30,252 nucleotides of DNA from a virus, in IMG/VR virus record IMGVR_UViG_3300017783_004405, positions 1 to 30,252 of that record. One strand, 5' to 3'. A program made the translations under genes and the position numbers. Below the pieces are notes generated by a model. That model saw nothing but the letters and a program-made list of their open reading frames with translations, ran no database searches and was not told the origin of the DNA. Shown one piece after another: positions 15,031 through 24,821 of this stretch (the first letter of the stretch is position 1; the number at the start of each line of letters is the position of its first letter).

Positions 15031-15888
15031 TTAAATAACATTCCATTCGACACAGTAAAGATCTTTAGTATCCTTATCTGCATAATCGGGACCAAACCAC
15101 ATTTTAGGTGCAACTACAGGCCCACGACCATTTTGCAACCATGCTCCCCACCAGGAAAGAGAGGAGTTGGCAATAATAGCACCAGAACAAAGACTCATCA
15201 AGCAGAGGTCTACATATGGAGTATAAGAACCATCAGGATACTTATCTTCTGGTTCAGAGATAAGGAATCTATCTGCACTAAAGAATTCTTGCTCCTGAAC
15301 CCACTCAGGAGAATCTGAGCAAACAACTACTGGTTTGTCTGCTGGAAATGTTTCAAGTGCCTTCTCATAGTACTCAATAGTTTGAGGTGGGTGCTTAGAT
15401 GAACATTCTGTATAAGACCACTTAAATCCATCCTTATCAACAAGATTAGGGTCACCTCTACGAACATGTAGGAATAGTGGTGCCTCATCAAGAGACTCAA
15501 TCATTTCTTTACATGGATTCAAAATAGAATCATGGAAAGTAAAGTCACTACGAATCTCATTCTCTATACCTTTGAAGTATTTCTCTGTCTGGAAAAATCC
15601 ATAAAGAGATACATCATTAGGACAAAGTTGGTATAGTTCCTCATCAAAATGGAAATACCGTTCAACTACAACTGGTGCATTACCCCTATCAAGAACAAAC
15701 TGATTGCAATCAGACATGCTCCCAAGTTTAAAGCAGCTAGCAAGACTATAATTGTCATGCCTAAAATCAGTGAAAGGTGGAATGCACCACTCATAACCTT
15801 TGTTTCTAGCAATGCCTTTCACTGCTGCATATTGGAACATTTGGTTACCCAAACGTCCTGCATTTCCCATTTGATTAAAAGCAAGCAT
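15031..15888 (-). CDS. GT11-family alpha-1,2-fucosyltransferase-like glycosyltransferase (paralog A)
   Basis: GNAGRLGNQMFQYAAVKGIA, LFLHVRRGDPN, VVCSDSPEWV, IIANSSLSWWGAWL. Confidence 0.88.
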   Translation of the reverse strand: MLAFNQMGNAGRLGNQMFQYAAVKGIARNKGYEWCIPPFTDFRHDNYSLASCFKLGSMSDCNQFVLDRGNAPVVVERYFHFDEELYQLCPNDVSLYGFFQTEKYFKGIENEIRSDFTFHDSILNPCKEMIESLDEAPLFLHVRRGDPNLVDKDGFKWSYTECSSKHPPQTIEYYEKALETFPADKPVVVCSDSPEWVQEQEFFSADRFLISEPEDKYPDGSYTPYVDLCLMSLCSGAIIANSSLSWWGAWLQNGRGPVVAPKMWFGPDYADKDTKDLYCVEWNVI

Positions 15889-16698
15889 TTAATTTTTCCC
15901 CTTTATGTAATCTTGTTTTTTGTAATATTCTATCAAAGTTTCTTTATCTTGTCTCCTAATCCATTCCCATAGTTGAACATTTTGTTGCCACAATGGATTT
16001 GAAAACCAAGAGTCAGTACTACGAGTGTGTTCTAAATGGTAAACATAATTGTTTACTCTACCAACTCTATTACCCATAACATTTAGTCGGTAAAAAAGTT
16101 CACAATCTTCTGGTCCCCACGCAGCAAAGTTTTCATTCATCATGAATGAATTTATATAATTTTTCCTGCGAATAAACTGACACCAACCAATTGTAGAACT
16201 ACTTGTAGTTGAATACTCTTGAAGTTGAAATACATCAATATTCACCATTTTAGAAGCAGTAAAGTTTTCAAACAATTCAGGTGAATACTTTACTGCTTTT
16301 TGATATGCACCAACTCCATATGGATATACAGCATCAACAACATCATTCTTAATTGCTTCATATGATTTATTAATTGAATCAATAGGAAGTATTACATCTG
16401 TATCATAATTACAAACAACATCAGTATCAGATTCAATTAATAATTCATTTAGGACTCTTGTTTTATGAAAAAAGTCCGTAGTTTGTTCTAAGAAAGAATA
16501 GTTTAAGTTGTCAAGATTTTTGAATTTACGTTTCAAAAAAGGAAGAATAGTAGACTCAAAATTTTGAGTCTTATCATATTCCTTAACTGAAATTTTTGCA
16601 TCAAAGTTTGAAAGCAAAAAACAAATTACAGTTGTTAAATTTCTGATTCTGTCTGCTGATTCCAATTTACATGGAATCATAAAAGTTAAATCCATCAT
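15889..16698 (-). CDS. GT2/GT7-like glycosyltransferase (paralog A)
   Basis: LTFMIPCKLESADRIRNLTTVICFLL, YDTDVILP, NENFAAWGPEDCELFYRL. Confidence 0.75.
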   Translation of the reverse strand: MMDLTFMIPCKLESADRIRNLTTVICFLLSNFDAKISVKEYDKTQNFESTILPFLKRKFKNLDNLNYSFLEQTTDFFHKTRVLNELLIESDTDVVCNYDTDVILPIDSINKSYEAIKNDVVDAVYPYGVGAYQKAVKYSPELFENFTASKMVNIDVFQLQEYSTTSSSTIGWCQFIRRKNYINSFMMNENFAAWGPEDCELFYRLNVMGNRVGRVNNYVYHLEHTRSTDSWFSNPLWQQNVQLWEWIRRQDKETLIEYYKKQDYIKGKN

Positions 16699-17522
16699 TT
16701 CAATCTTTCTTTGAGGTAGTCTTGATTTTCATAATAAGCAAGAATAGATTCTCTTCCTTGATACCTAAACCATTCCCACAGTCTGTTATTAGATTGAAAC
16801 TGGGGGTTGTGATAATGTGAATTAAAAGTTCTAGAGTGTTCTAAATGATATACATCATTATTAATTCTACCAACTTTATAACCAAGTTCCATCATTCTAT
16901 AATACAACTCACAATCTTCACATCCCCATGACATAAAGTTTTCATTCATCATACCAAAACTAATATATGATTCTCTATTGAATACTTGAGAAAATCCAAC
17001 AGTAGACGCAAGTCTAAAAGAATGTTCTTCAAGAAGTTCAAGATTATATCCACTCATAATAAATTTGTTGCAAAGTTCATCAGTATACTTAACAGCATTC
17101 TGATAGACACCACATCCAAATGGATACATGAAATCATATCCACCATCTACAATTGCATCATAAGTTGCTTTGTAAGTAGATAAAGGAAATAAAACATCAA
17201 TATCATAATGCCAGACTACCTTACTGGTAGTTTCCATAAACAAGTCATTAATATATTTTGTTCTATGAAATAGAGATTCTGGTTCACTTACCTGAAACAA
17301 ATGAACCAACTTATCAGTATTTGCTACCTTTTTAATTTCTGGTAATGCCCTTTCAGAAAAAATTGATTGACTATCAACTTCTTTAACATATACCTGTGCT
17401 TCTGGAACTACATTCAAAAGATAACTTATTGTTGTAATAGCATTCATAAGTCTATCTTTAGACTCAATACGAATAGGAATAATAAAAGATAAATCCATAT
17501 CAACTCTCATCCATAATTTCAA
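16695..17522 (-). CDS. GT2/GT7-like glycosyltransferase (paralog B)
   Basis: DLSFIIPIRIESKDRLMNAITTISYLL, WHYDIDVLFPL, MNENFMSWGCEDCELYYRMMELGYKVGRINNDVYHLEHSR. Confidence 0.75.
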   Translation of the reverse strand: MKLWMRVDMDLSFIIPIRIESKDRLMNAITTISYLLNVVPEAQVYVKEVDSQSIFSERALPEIKKVANTDKLVHLFQVSEPESLFHRTKYINDLFMETTSKVVWHYDIDVLFPLSTYKATYDAIVDGGYDFMYPFGCGVYQNAVKYTDELCNKFIMSGYNLELLEEHSFRLASTVGFSQVFNRESYISFGMMNENFMSWGCEDCELYYRMMELGYKVGRINNDVYHLEHSRTFNSHYHNPQFQSNNRLWEWFRYQGRESILAYYENQDYLKERLK

Positions 17523-18372
17523 TCCAACCCTCAGGAATTAGATTACTCATATCATAATGAGAAAACTGTTTTCCAAACCACTTCTTAGGGGAAATAATTT
17601 TTTTATTTTCATTCTTCATCAACCAAGCACCCCACCAAGAGAATGAAGAATTAGCAATGATTGCATCAGTACAAAGTGACATCAAACAAAGATCAGTCCA
17701 GGGAACTCGTTGACCATCAGAAAATTCGTCGGTAGTTTCAGAAAGGATAAATCTGTCTGGTTTGAAGAATTCTTGCTCCTTACACCACTCAATAACATCA
17801 GAGAATACAATAACAGGAATATCATCAGGAAATTCAGCAAGTGCTTTTTCATAATAATTCCATGTTTGAAGTGGATGAGCATTTTGAAGATTCACATATG
17901 CCCAAGAAAGTTTTGGATCACCTCTACGGATGTGAAGAGCAATCTTACGTCCCTCACCAAGTGAGTTAATCATCTCTTTACATGGTGCAAGTATTTCATC
18001 TTGAAACTCAAAGTCTTGACGAATCTCTTGCTCAATGTTCTTGAAATACTTTTCAGATTGAAAGTACCCATCAAGATTAGTATTATCTGGACACTTATCA
18101 AAAAGTTCTTGATGGAAATGAAATTCTTTCCATACTGCCCACTGTTTTGTGTCTTGAATTCCTAAGTGTTCTTCTGTTGCATGAACCATATTAAAGGTAT
18201 CAAACATACAGTAATTATTTTCTTCACCAAAGTCACCAATACCCCCATCTTCTGGAGGAGGAATAACCCAATCAAATCCACGATTAGCAGCAATACCTCT
18301 TAGTGCTGCATATTGAAACATCTGATTGCCAAGACGACCAGACTTACCAAGTTTATTAAAACTAAGCATCAT
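17500..18372 (-). CDS. GT11-family fucosyltransferase-like glycosyltransferase (paralog B)
   Basis: GKSGRLGNQMFQYAALRGIA, IALHIRRGDPK, VIVFSDVIEWC, IIANSSFSWWGAWL. Confidence 0.88.
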   Translation of the reverse strand: MMLSFNKLGKSGRLGNQMFQYAALRGIAANRGFDWVIPPPEDGGIGDFGEENNYCMFDTFNMVHATEEHLGIQDTKQWAVWKEFHFHQELFDKCPDNTNLDGYFQSEKYFKNIEQEIRQDFEFQDEILAPCKEMINSLGEGRKIALHIRRGDPKLSWAYVNLQNAHPLQTWNYYEKALAEFPDDIPVIVFSDVIEWCKEQEFFKPDRFILSETTDEFSDGQRVPWTDLCLMSLCTDAIIANSSFSWWGAWLMKNENKKIISPKKWFGKQFSHYDMSNLIPEGWIEIMDES

Positions 18373-18944
18373 TCACCATCCTTTCGTTCAATATAAAGAA
18401 GAAGTCTGTCATCAACTTCACTTATATGTACAATATTAAAATTATCAAAAGAATTCTTTACAGCATCATCATTTACAAATGACCAGTCTCCATGCTCTAC
18501 AGTTTCAAAAAGACGGTAGTCATCAATAGCAATTACTGCACTATCAGCAACATAGTCTTTATCAATGAGAACACATTCTTCAATAACTGGACAATCTAGA
18601 TGATTCTTTGATGTATCACCACCAGAATAATGTGCATCCAACCAGAAAAAAACTTTATCTTCTTTAGTCAAAGTTTTAAGATAATTGGGAACTTCAACTA
18701 AACTATCTCCATGAACATGAGTAACATGCTCAAGTGGAGCAGTAATTCGTTGTGCCATTTCATAAAGATTTGGTGCAATTTCTACTGTCCAAATCTTTTG
18801 AAAATATTGATTAATTGATTGAATAGTTCCTCCCCATGAAGTACCAGTTTCAACCATAGTTGAATACTGATTAATATCTTCAATATGTTCAGAAAGAACT
18901 TCAGAATACTTATTTAAATCTTCTACCGTTAATGATGCTGCCAT
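18369..18944 (-). CDS. Class I SAM-dependent methyltransferase-like protein
   Basis: YSTMVETGTSWGGTIQSINQYFQKIWTVEIAPNLY, VTHVHGDSLVEVP, VFFWLDAHYSGG, AIDDYRLF. Confidence 0.65.
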   Translation of the reverse strand: MAASLTVEDLNKYSEVLSEHIEDINQYSTMVETGTSWGGTIQSINQYFQKIWTVEIAPNLYEMAQRITAPLEHVTHVHGDSLVEVPNYLKTLTKEDKVFFWLDAHYSGGDTSKNHLDCPVIEECVLIDKDYVADSAVIAIDDYRLFETVEHGDWSFVNDDAVKNSFDNFNIVHISEVDDRLLLYIERKDGE

Positions 18945-18959
18945 TGTTCTCCTATAAAT

Positions 18960-19808
18960 TTAAATTTTTACCCACCGTTCTGGTGTAATGTCACTCATAT
19001 CATAATGGGAATATGCTTTACCTAACCATGTTTTTGGTGCAATAACTTTACCAGAATTGTTCTGCAGCCATGCACCCCACCAACTCATAGAACTATTTGC
19101 AATTATAGCACCTTTGCACATAGTCATCAAGCACAAATCCCAATAAGGAACCAGTGATTGTTGGAAAGAACCATCACCAAGTTTAATTGAGTTAGGGTAT
19201 TTTACATGATTTTCAGAAATCAAAAATCTATCTCCTTCCAAAAACTTTTGTTCACTACACCATTTCAAATCATCAGAAAAAACTAGAACAGGAATTTCAC
19301 TATCAAAATGAGTAAGTGCTTCTGTATAATATTCTTCATTCAAAGTTGGGTGGTGGTCTGGAGTAGCAACATAGTCACCTCTGCGAATATGAATAAAGAT
19401 ACAATCTCCGACTTCATCTATAATTTCTTTACAATCATTATAGATATTATCATTAAATTCAAAATCTTTTCTTATATCTTCTTCTACATTAGTAAAATAC
19501 TTTTCAGTTTGAAAATAAGAATCAATATTTACATTGTCTTGGCATGTATCAAAAAAACTTTTATCAAAGTTAAATTGTTCTGTCCTGATAGTATTAAATT
19601 TTTGAGGAGAAAATGATAGATTTTCTTTTTTTAATGTAGACATCTTGAAGCATTCGAGAAGTCCATAGTTACATGTAGACTCAGCATCTTCGGGTGGGAT
19701 TGCCCACTCATATCCTTTATGGGCAGCAAGTCCACGTAGACCAGCATACTGGAACATCTGATTCCCAAGTCTACCATTTGAACCAAGTCGATTGTAGTAA
19801 ATAGTCAT
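18960..19808 (-). CDS. GT11-family fucosyltransferase-like glycosyltransferase (paralog C)
   Basis: GSNGRLGNQMFQYAGLRGLA, IFIHIRRGDYV, VLVFSDDLKWC, IIANSSMSWWGAWL. Confidence 0.9.
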   Translation of the reverse strand: MTIYYNRLGSNGRLGNQMFQYAGLRGLAAHKGYEWAIPPEDAESTCNYGLLECFKMSTLKKENLSFSPQKFNTIRTEQFNFDKSFFDTCQDNVNIDSYFQTEKYFTNVEEDIRKDFEFNDNIYNDCKEIIDEVGDCIFIHIRRGDYVATPDHHPTLNEEYYTEALTHFDSEIPVLVFSDDLKWCSEQKFLEGDRFLISENHVKYPNSIKLGDGSFQQSLVPYWDLCLMTMCKGAIIANSSMSWWGAWLQNNSGKVIAPKTWLGKAYSHYDMSDITPERWVKI

Positions 19809-20462
19809 TTAGTTTTCCCTCTTAACAAATAACGCATCACCCCAATCATCAGTATGTTTGAAAGTTTCTTCATGCTCGAATCCATACTTTCCAAGATATT
19901 CGGAAAGTTCATCAAACATAACACCACCGATATAATCTGGATTACTCCATGTTGCCTCACTGGTAACATACTTAACATGCTTTAAGACTTCATCTGACCC
20001 ACGAAGAACCATAAGTTCTGCTCCCTGTGTATCCATGTCAAGAATCTGATAATCACCAAATGAAAGATCATTATTTTTCATCAAAGTATCAAGTCGAACT
20101 GACTCCACTTTAATTGTCTTTTGATGCCATTCCCTCATCTGCTCACTTCCAGGTTCAAGAAGAGAAGAACAACCCTTATTACCTGTCAAATAACCAGCAT
20201 CTGGTCCATAACAAATATGAAAGTCAACTTCCCCTGCATCGGTATCACTAGCAGCAACACAGAACCCCATAGACTCCACTGAAGACTCAGCACGTTCAAG
20301 ATAAACTGCCAATTCATCAAATACATCAGGGTTTGGTTCAATCCAGATTACAGTTTTTGCTCCGAGATTTTCGTAATCATAAATCTCTTCACCACGATGT
20401 GCTCCAACATGAATAACTCCATCAACTTGGACTTTGTTTTTTCTGAAATATTCGTAACTCAT
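19809..20462 (-). CDS. FkbM-family methyltransferase
   Basis: VDGVIHVGAHRGEEIYDYENLGAKTVIWIEPNPDVFDEL, SCSSLL-like segment, VRLDTLMKNNDLSFGDYQILDMDTQGAELMVLRGSDEVL. Confidence 0.88.
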   Translation of the reverse strand: MSYEYFRKNKVQVDGVIHVGAHRGEEIYDYENLGAKTVIWIEPNPDVFDELAVYLERAESSVESMGFCVAASDTDAGEVDFHICYGPDAGYLTGNKGCSSLLEPGSEQMREWHQKTIKVESVRLDTLMKNNDLSFGDYQILDMDTQGAELMVLRGSDEVLKHVKYVTSEATWSNPDYIGGVMFDELSEYLGKYGFEHEETFKHTDDWGDALFVKREN

Positions 20463-21259
20463 TTAAAATAATTAGTATAGATATAGTCTTCAGCAACTGG
20501 AAACTCCAGTGAACGTTGATAATTATCCTTTATCGCATCCATTTTGGAATAATAAAGTTCTTCAGTCAACGTAGAAACATCAAAGTCATCATCTAAGAAT
20601 ATAATACCATCCTCATTGAAATACTCTGTAACTCCCCTACACCCGTAGAAGATAGGAATTGTCCCTGTCGCAAAACAATCCGTAAGTTTCTCTGTAAAGT
20701 ATGTATCATAGACAGCATTCTCTACTGCAATTGAAAACATGTAATCCCGGAGGCCATCCTCCTTACATTCAATCTCCTGAAATCCACGACCATAAAGGTC
20801 AACTTTAGACTTGAACTTATCAACAAACTGAAGTCTTTTCAAGTGCCCTGGAATCATTCTCTTATTAGAAGAAATCATCGAGACAAGTTTTGTCTTTTCA
20901 AAGATTTGCCTATCGATTACCCAAGGTGCAGCATTAGTTACCGAGTATATGAACTTTGGGTACTTTTCACAGAGTTCTTTATCGCAACTAATAATACCTT
21001 CCACTCTGGAAGCAACAAAGTCATAGTTTGCAATAATCCAATCATAATACGGTTGAATAATTTGTTTTGATTCTAACAACCAAATATAAGTTGGTTTATC
21101 ATTCACCTTAGAAAAAGGTTCCAGTGCTCTTTGATTTACATAGAAATCAATTTCACCAGAACCATCATATGCCCAATCAGTAAATTTTTGGTTATTTTTA
21201 TCTGAAGATGACGGTTCTAATCTATCATTACAATAAAGATTAATCTTGAACTTGCTCAT
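20459..21259 (-). CDS. GT10-family alpha-1,3/4-fucosyltransferase-like glycosyltransferase
   Basis: YMFSIAVENAVYDTYFTEKLTDCFATGTIPIFYG matches the GT10 signature. Track start is 21298; MSKFKINLY at 21259 is a more natural start. Confidence 0.8.
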   Translation of the reverse strand: MSKFKINLYCNDRLEPSSSDKNNQKFTDWAYDGSGEIDFYVNQRALEPFSKVNDKPTYIWLLESKQIIQPYYDWIIANYDFVASRVEGIISCDKELCEKYPKFIYSVTNAAPWVIDRQIFEKTKLVSMISSNKRMIPGHLKRLQFVDKFKSKVDLYGRGFQEIECKEDGLRDYMFSIAVENAVYDTYFTEKLTDCFATGTIPIFYGCRGVTEYFNEDGIIFLDDDFDVSTLTEELYYSKMDAIKDNYQRSLEFPVAEDYIYTNYFK

Positions 21260-21467
21260 CTCCCTCGTCCTTTTTCTTATTGAAACCAAATGGACCAATT
21301 TTATTTTCTACTTTTTTTTTCATAGCTACACCAGCAAGAGATTCCATAATTTTAAGGATGTCTTCTGCTTTAGCACCTTCACCAAGTTCTTTGGCAACAT
21401 ACCAATACTTTGGCCAAAACTCTTCACCTGCTACTTTGTAGTCTTCGACAGTAACTTCAAATTTCAT
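21240..21467 (-). CDS. Hypothetical protein
   Basis: 75 aa ORF; stop-start overlaps with neighbours. Confidence 0.5.
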   Translation of the reverse strand: MKFEVTVEDYKVAGEEFWPKYWYVAKELGEGAKAEDILKIMESLAGVAMKKKVENKIGPFGFNKKKDEGDEQVQD

Positions 21468-22318
21468 TCGTAACCATACTCCTTTTTCATTTCATTAAAT
21501 ACGTTAGTAATTCCAGTTTGGAGGTTTGTTTTTGGTAACCACCAACCTTGGATATAGTTATCTGCTTCGTTTCTCTTATCCATCTGAACACTATCTTTAG
21601 CAAGTCCAGCATTAATTTTTACTGGTCTGTTAATGAGATTAAATTGACCCATAATGATTTGTGAAACTTCTTTAATACTAGATGTATTGAAAGAAGTAAT
21701 ATGGAGTGGGTCTTCGGGTTTAAACTGTGTATAGCATTCCATAATGGTTTCTAGTGCTTCACAGCAGTCCTCAGCATAAAGGAACTGACGTTCTTCAGTA
21801 CCATCAGTCATCATCTCAAACTCACCAAGTTCAAATCCTTTCTTGATGAAATCCGTAATTACATGTGCTTTTTCATGATCATTCTCGATACCATACACGT
21901 TCCAGAACTTAACAGTCAGTCCTTTAAGTGCAGTGGTATAAAGTTCACCAACTCTCTTCATCACACCATAAGGAGAGTAACTCATGTTACTCATCTGAGA
22001 TGATGCAAAGACAAATCTCTTATTATACTTTTCCAAAAGACCAAATGTTTGTGCCATCAGTCTAGTATTGTTATCTATAAACTGAAAAGTATGTTGATAC
22101 TTTTTCAGATATCGAGAACCACCAACATCAAAAGCAAGAAAGAAACAAAAATCACATTCCTTAATTGCTCTCTCAAGATTAATATTTGGAATTTGACACA
22201 AATCTTCTCCAGGGTGTCGATTCTTGTCAAATTCGATTACCTCATGTCCTTTCCTACGAAGATATTCAGAAAGGTATGCACCAATCTGTCCACTAGAACC
22301 TAAATTTAAAATTTTCAT
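21464..22318 (-). CDS. NAD-dependent epimerase/dehydratase (extended SDR)
   Basis: MKILNLGSSGQIGAYLSEYLRRKGHEVIEFD, YGVMKRVGE (YxxxK), FWNVYG, ERQFLYAEDCCEAL. Confidence 0.87.
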   Translation of the reverse strand: MKILNLGSSGQIGAYLSEYLRRKGHEVIEFDKNRHPGEDLCQIPNINLERAIKECDFCFFLAFDVGGSRYLKKYQHTFQFIDNNTRLMAQTFGLLEKYNKRFVFASSQMSNMSYSPYGVMKRVGELYTTALKGLTVKFWNVYGIENDHEKAHVITDFIKKGFELGEFEMMTDGTEERQFLYAEDCCEALETIMECYTQFKPEDPLHITSFNTSSIKEVSQIIMGQFNLINRPVKINAGLAKDSVQMDKRNEADNYIQGWWLPKTNLQTGITNVFNEMKKEYGYE

Positions 22319-22325
22319 AATTTCC

Positions 22326-22994
22326 TCACGCAGTTAATGATTCACCCACACCAGGGTCTTCACCTTTCAGTCTCCAGTAGCAATCAAACTCTGGATCTTC
22401 TGGTGGAATATTTTCTTCGGTAACGATTTTACCATTATGGCAACCTAGACTTGCATGAACAAGTTCAAAGTTTTCTGATAGAAGTTCCTTGAATCCAGCA
22501 AGTCTATTTTCAAGTCCATGGTATATATTTTGTTTATTACCATGGGTCTCTAAAAATAACTCACCAATGTTTCCTCCGTCAACCCACTCTTTTAGGGTTG
22601 TAAGAACATTTAGGTCACTACCTTGACAATCTGAATAATAAAGATTAATAACCTCTACACCTTCTTTCTTTAAGTAATCTGAAAGATTAATTGTTTTTAC
22701 AGAAATCTCTTTGATGACTTCAGCATTGTAACCATGAAAGTCTTTGAACTCCTGGATACCATCACCAAGACTACTAGCAACTCTATTACCAGTTACATAG
22801 AAATTTGCTTCTCCATCTTCTAATGAACAAGCAGCATTCACAAGAGTAAACTTGGGATTGTTTGAATACCTGCTAGAAAGAGATTCAAACATTTCTGGGT
22901 CTGGTTCAAACGCATAAACTTTATCGAAATTACCAGCAATTTGTCCTAAGGAATGACCAACATTTGCACCAACATAAACTAGTGTAGTCATCAT
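22326..22994 (-). CDS. FkbM-family methyltransferase
   Basis: TTLVYVGANVGHSLGQIAGNFDKVYAFEPDPEMFESL; VKTINLSDYL...INLYYSDCQGSDLNVL. AGGAGGT precedes the internal ATGATG; track start 23012. Confidence 0.83.
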   Translation of the reverse strand: MMTTLVYVGANVGHSLGQIAGNFDKVYAFEPDPEMFESLSSRYSNNPKFTLVNAACSLEDGEANFYVTGNRVASSLGDGIQEFKDFHGYNAEVIKEISVKTINLSDYLKKEGVEVINLYYSDCQGSDLNVLTTLKEWVDGGNIGELFLETHGNKQNIYHGLENRLAGFKELLSENFELVHASLGCHNGKIVTEENIPPEDPEFDCYWRLKGEDPGVGESLTA

Positions 22995-23686
22995 ACCTCC
23001 TGAACAATCCATACAGTTTGAACATGGGGATATGCATTACCATTCTGCAATAGTTTGGTCATCTTAATTCCCCACTCATCAATGATTTCTTTGTGTGCTC
23101 TAGATTCACCATACTTAAAAGTATCAAAATCTGGAGTCCCACCCCAATCATCATAACCTATAATTGTCCCAGGAACAATTAGTTTATTTTCCATCAAGTA
23201 ATTAAACGCATATTTTGTTGGAGAGTAAATATCCAAATCAAAATCAACATAGAATGCTGGTTTCAAATCTTCTTGTTTTGATAGTGTTTCTTCAACCAGT
23301 CCAGCAACAACATTTACTTTTGTAATACTATCTTTATTGTCAAAAACACTTTGTGTTTTTGTTCTCACAACTTCAGCACAATCTTCTGGTGTTTTAAGAG
23401 TCTCATCATAAGTCATCACATTAAATTCATCAGGAAGAATATCTGGATTCCATGAGTCCTGAAAAATAGGTTCAGCAGTTTCTTTAGGCATACCACTAAA
23501 AACATCAAAACCATGAAATTTATTTACTTCGATCTTATGTTTATTAAGAATGCCTGCAAGTTCAACCATGGAATCACCACGAAAAACACCAAATTCGTAT
23601 ATATCGTAGTTCTTCAAATCATCTTTATCAAAAGTATTATAGTCATTGATAACAATGTCCATAATACTGCGTCTCCAACTAGGCAT
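22991..23686 (-). CDS. TylF/macrocin-O-methyltransferase-like protein
   Basis: YDIYEFGVFRGDSMVELAGIL, FHGFDVFSGMPKE, KPAFYVDFDLDIYSPTKYAF, GTIIGYDDWGG. Start placed at MPSWRRSIMDI (23686), overlapping the upstream stop. Confidence 0.78.
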   Translation of the reverse strand: MPSWRRSIMDIVINDYNTFDKDDLKNYDIYEFGVFRGDSMVELAGILNKHKIEVNKFHGFDVFSGMPKETAEPIFQDSWNPDILPDEFNVMTYDETLKTPEDCAEVVRTKTQSVFDNKDSITKVNVVAGLVEETLSKQEDLKPAFYVDFDLDIYSPTKYAFNYLMENKLIVPGTIIGYDDWGGTPDFDTFKYGESRAHKEIIDEWGIKMTKLLQNGNAYPHVQTVWIVQEV

Positions 23687-24746
23687 TAGAATCCTCCAGT
23701 GTCTTATAAAAAACCTGTTCTTGAATCCAGGAATATGTCTTAGAAATTCCCTCCTCAAGAGTTTGTGCGTAATCCCATCCAAGATTCTCACGAATCAAGT
23801 CGTTATTAGAGTTACGTCCACGAACCCCAAGTGGTCCATCAATATGAATCTTTTGAACTTCTTTATTAGCAACATTAGCAGCAGTATCAACAAGTTGATT
23901 AATAGTTACCATCTCCTCTGAACCAATATTTACTGGTCCCATGAAGTCACTATCCATCAGTCTTCTGGTTGCTTCGATGCACTCATCAATGAAGAGGAAG
24001 GATCTTGTTTGCTCTCCGTCTCCCCATACTTCGATAGCACCTCCTTCACTCGGTAGATATGCCACTTTCCGACATATCGCAGCAGGAGCTTTTTCCCTTC
24101 CTCCTTCCCAGGTTCCCTCTGGTCCAAAAATGTTATGATATCTAGCAACACGAACAGGAATGCCGTAGTTGCGATTGAAAGCAAAATATAAACGTTCACT
24201 AAACAGTTTCTCCCAACCATATTCAGAGTCTGGATTGGCAGGATAAGCAGAAGACTCCCTACAATCAGGATTATTGGGATCAAGTTGGTTATGCTCAGGA
24301 TACATGCAAGCAGAACCAGAATAGAAAATTTTAGTATCGTTTTTTTCACATCTTTCATTTAATTTACGTTGCTCTTCAAGAACATTTAGATTAATACTAA
24401 CAGAGTTATGCATGATGTCTGCATCATTCTCACCAGTAAATACAAATCCCGCACCACCCATGTCAGCAGCAAACTGATAGATCTCATCGAATGGTTGAAT
24501 GTAACGATGGGGAACTGAATTATAAAAGTTGCCTCGGTCACCCTTATACTCTAGGACACGACTGACAAAATCCACATCACAGAGATTACCCTGAACGAAT
24601 TCGTTTGCTTCAGTTTCAGAAAACTCTGGACGCTTAAGGTCTACACCTCTCACCCAATAACCTTCAGAACGAAGTCGTCTAACCATATGACTTCCGATAA
24701 ATCCACCAGCACCCAACACAAGTGCCGTCTTCTTATATTCACTCAT
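23679..24746 (-). CDS. GDP-mannose 3,5-epimerase-like extended SDR
   Basis: ALVLGAGGFIGSHMVRRLRSEGYWVRGVDLKRPE, IYQFAADMGGAGFVFTGENDADIMHNSVSINLNVLE, SACMYPE, YGWEKLFSE, RVARYHNIFGPEGTWEGGREKAPAAICRKVA. Confidence 0.88.
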   Translation of the reverse strand: MSEYKKTALVLGAGGFIGSHMVRRLRSEGYWVRGVDLKRPEFSETEANEFVQGNLCDVDFVSRVLEYKGDRGNFYNSVPHRYIQPFDEIYQFAADMGGAGFVFTGENDADIMHNSVSINLNVLEEQRKLNERCEKNDTKIFYSGSACMYPEHNQLDPNNPDCRESSAYPANPDSEYGWEKLFSERLYFAFNRNYGIPVRVARYHNIFGPEGTWEGGREKAPAAICRKVAYLPSEGGAIEVWGDGEQTRSFLFIDECIEATRRLMDSDFMGPVNIGSEEMVTINQLVDTAANVANKEVQKIHIDGPLGVRGRNSNNDLIRENLGWDYAQTLEEGISKTYSWIQEQVFYKTLEDSNA

Positions 24747-24790
24747 TTTTTGATCAAAAAATCTGATAATACGTAGTATATATTATACTA

Positions 24791-24821
24791 AAAAAGGGAG
24801 GTTTTGTAAACCTCCCTTTAA
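24791..24821. terminator. Bidirectional-looking rho-independent terminator
   Basis: AAAAAGGGAGGTTT-TGTA-AACCTCCCTTTT(T), A-tract 5' and T-tract 3'. Confidence 0.85.
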
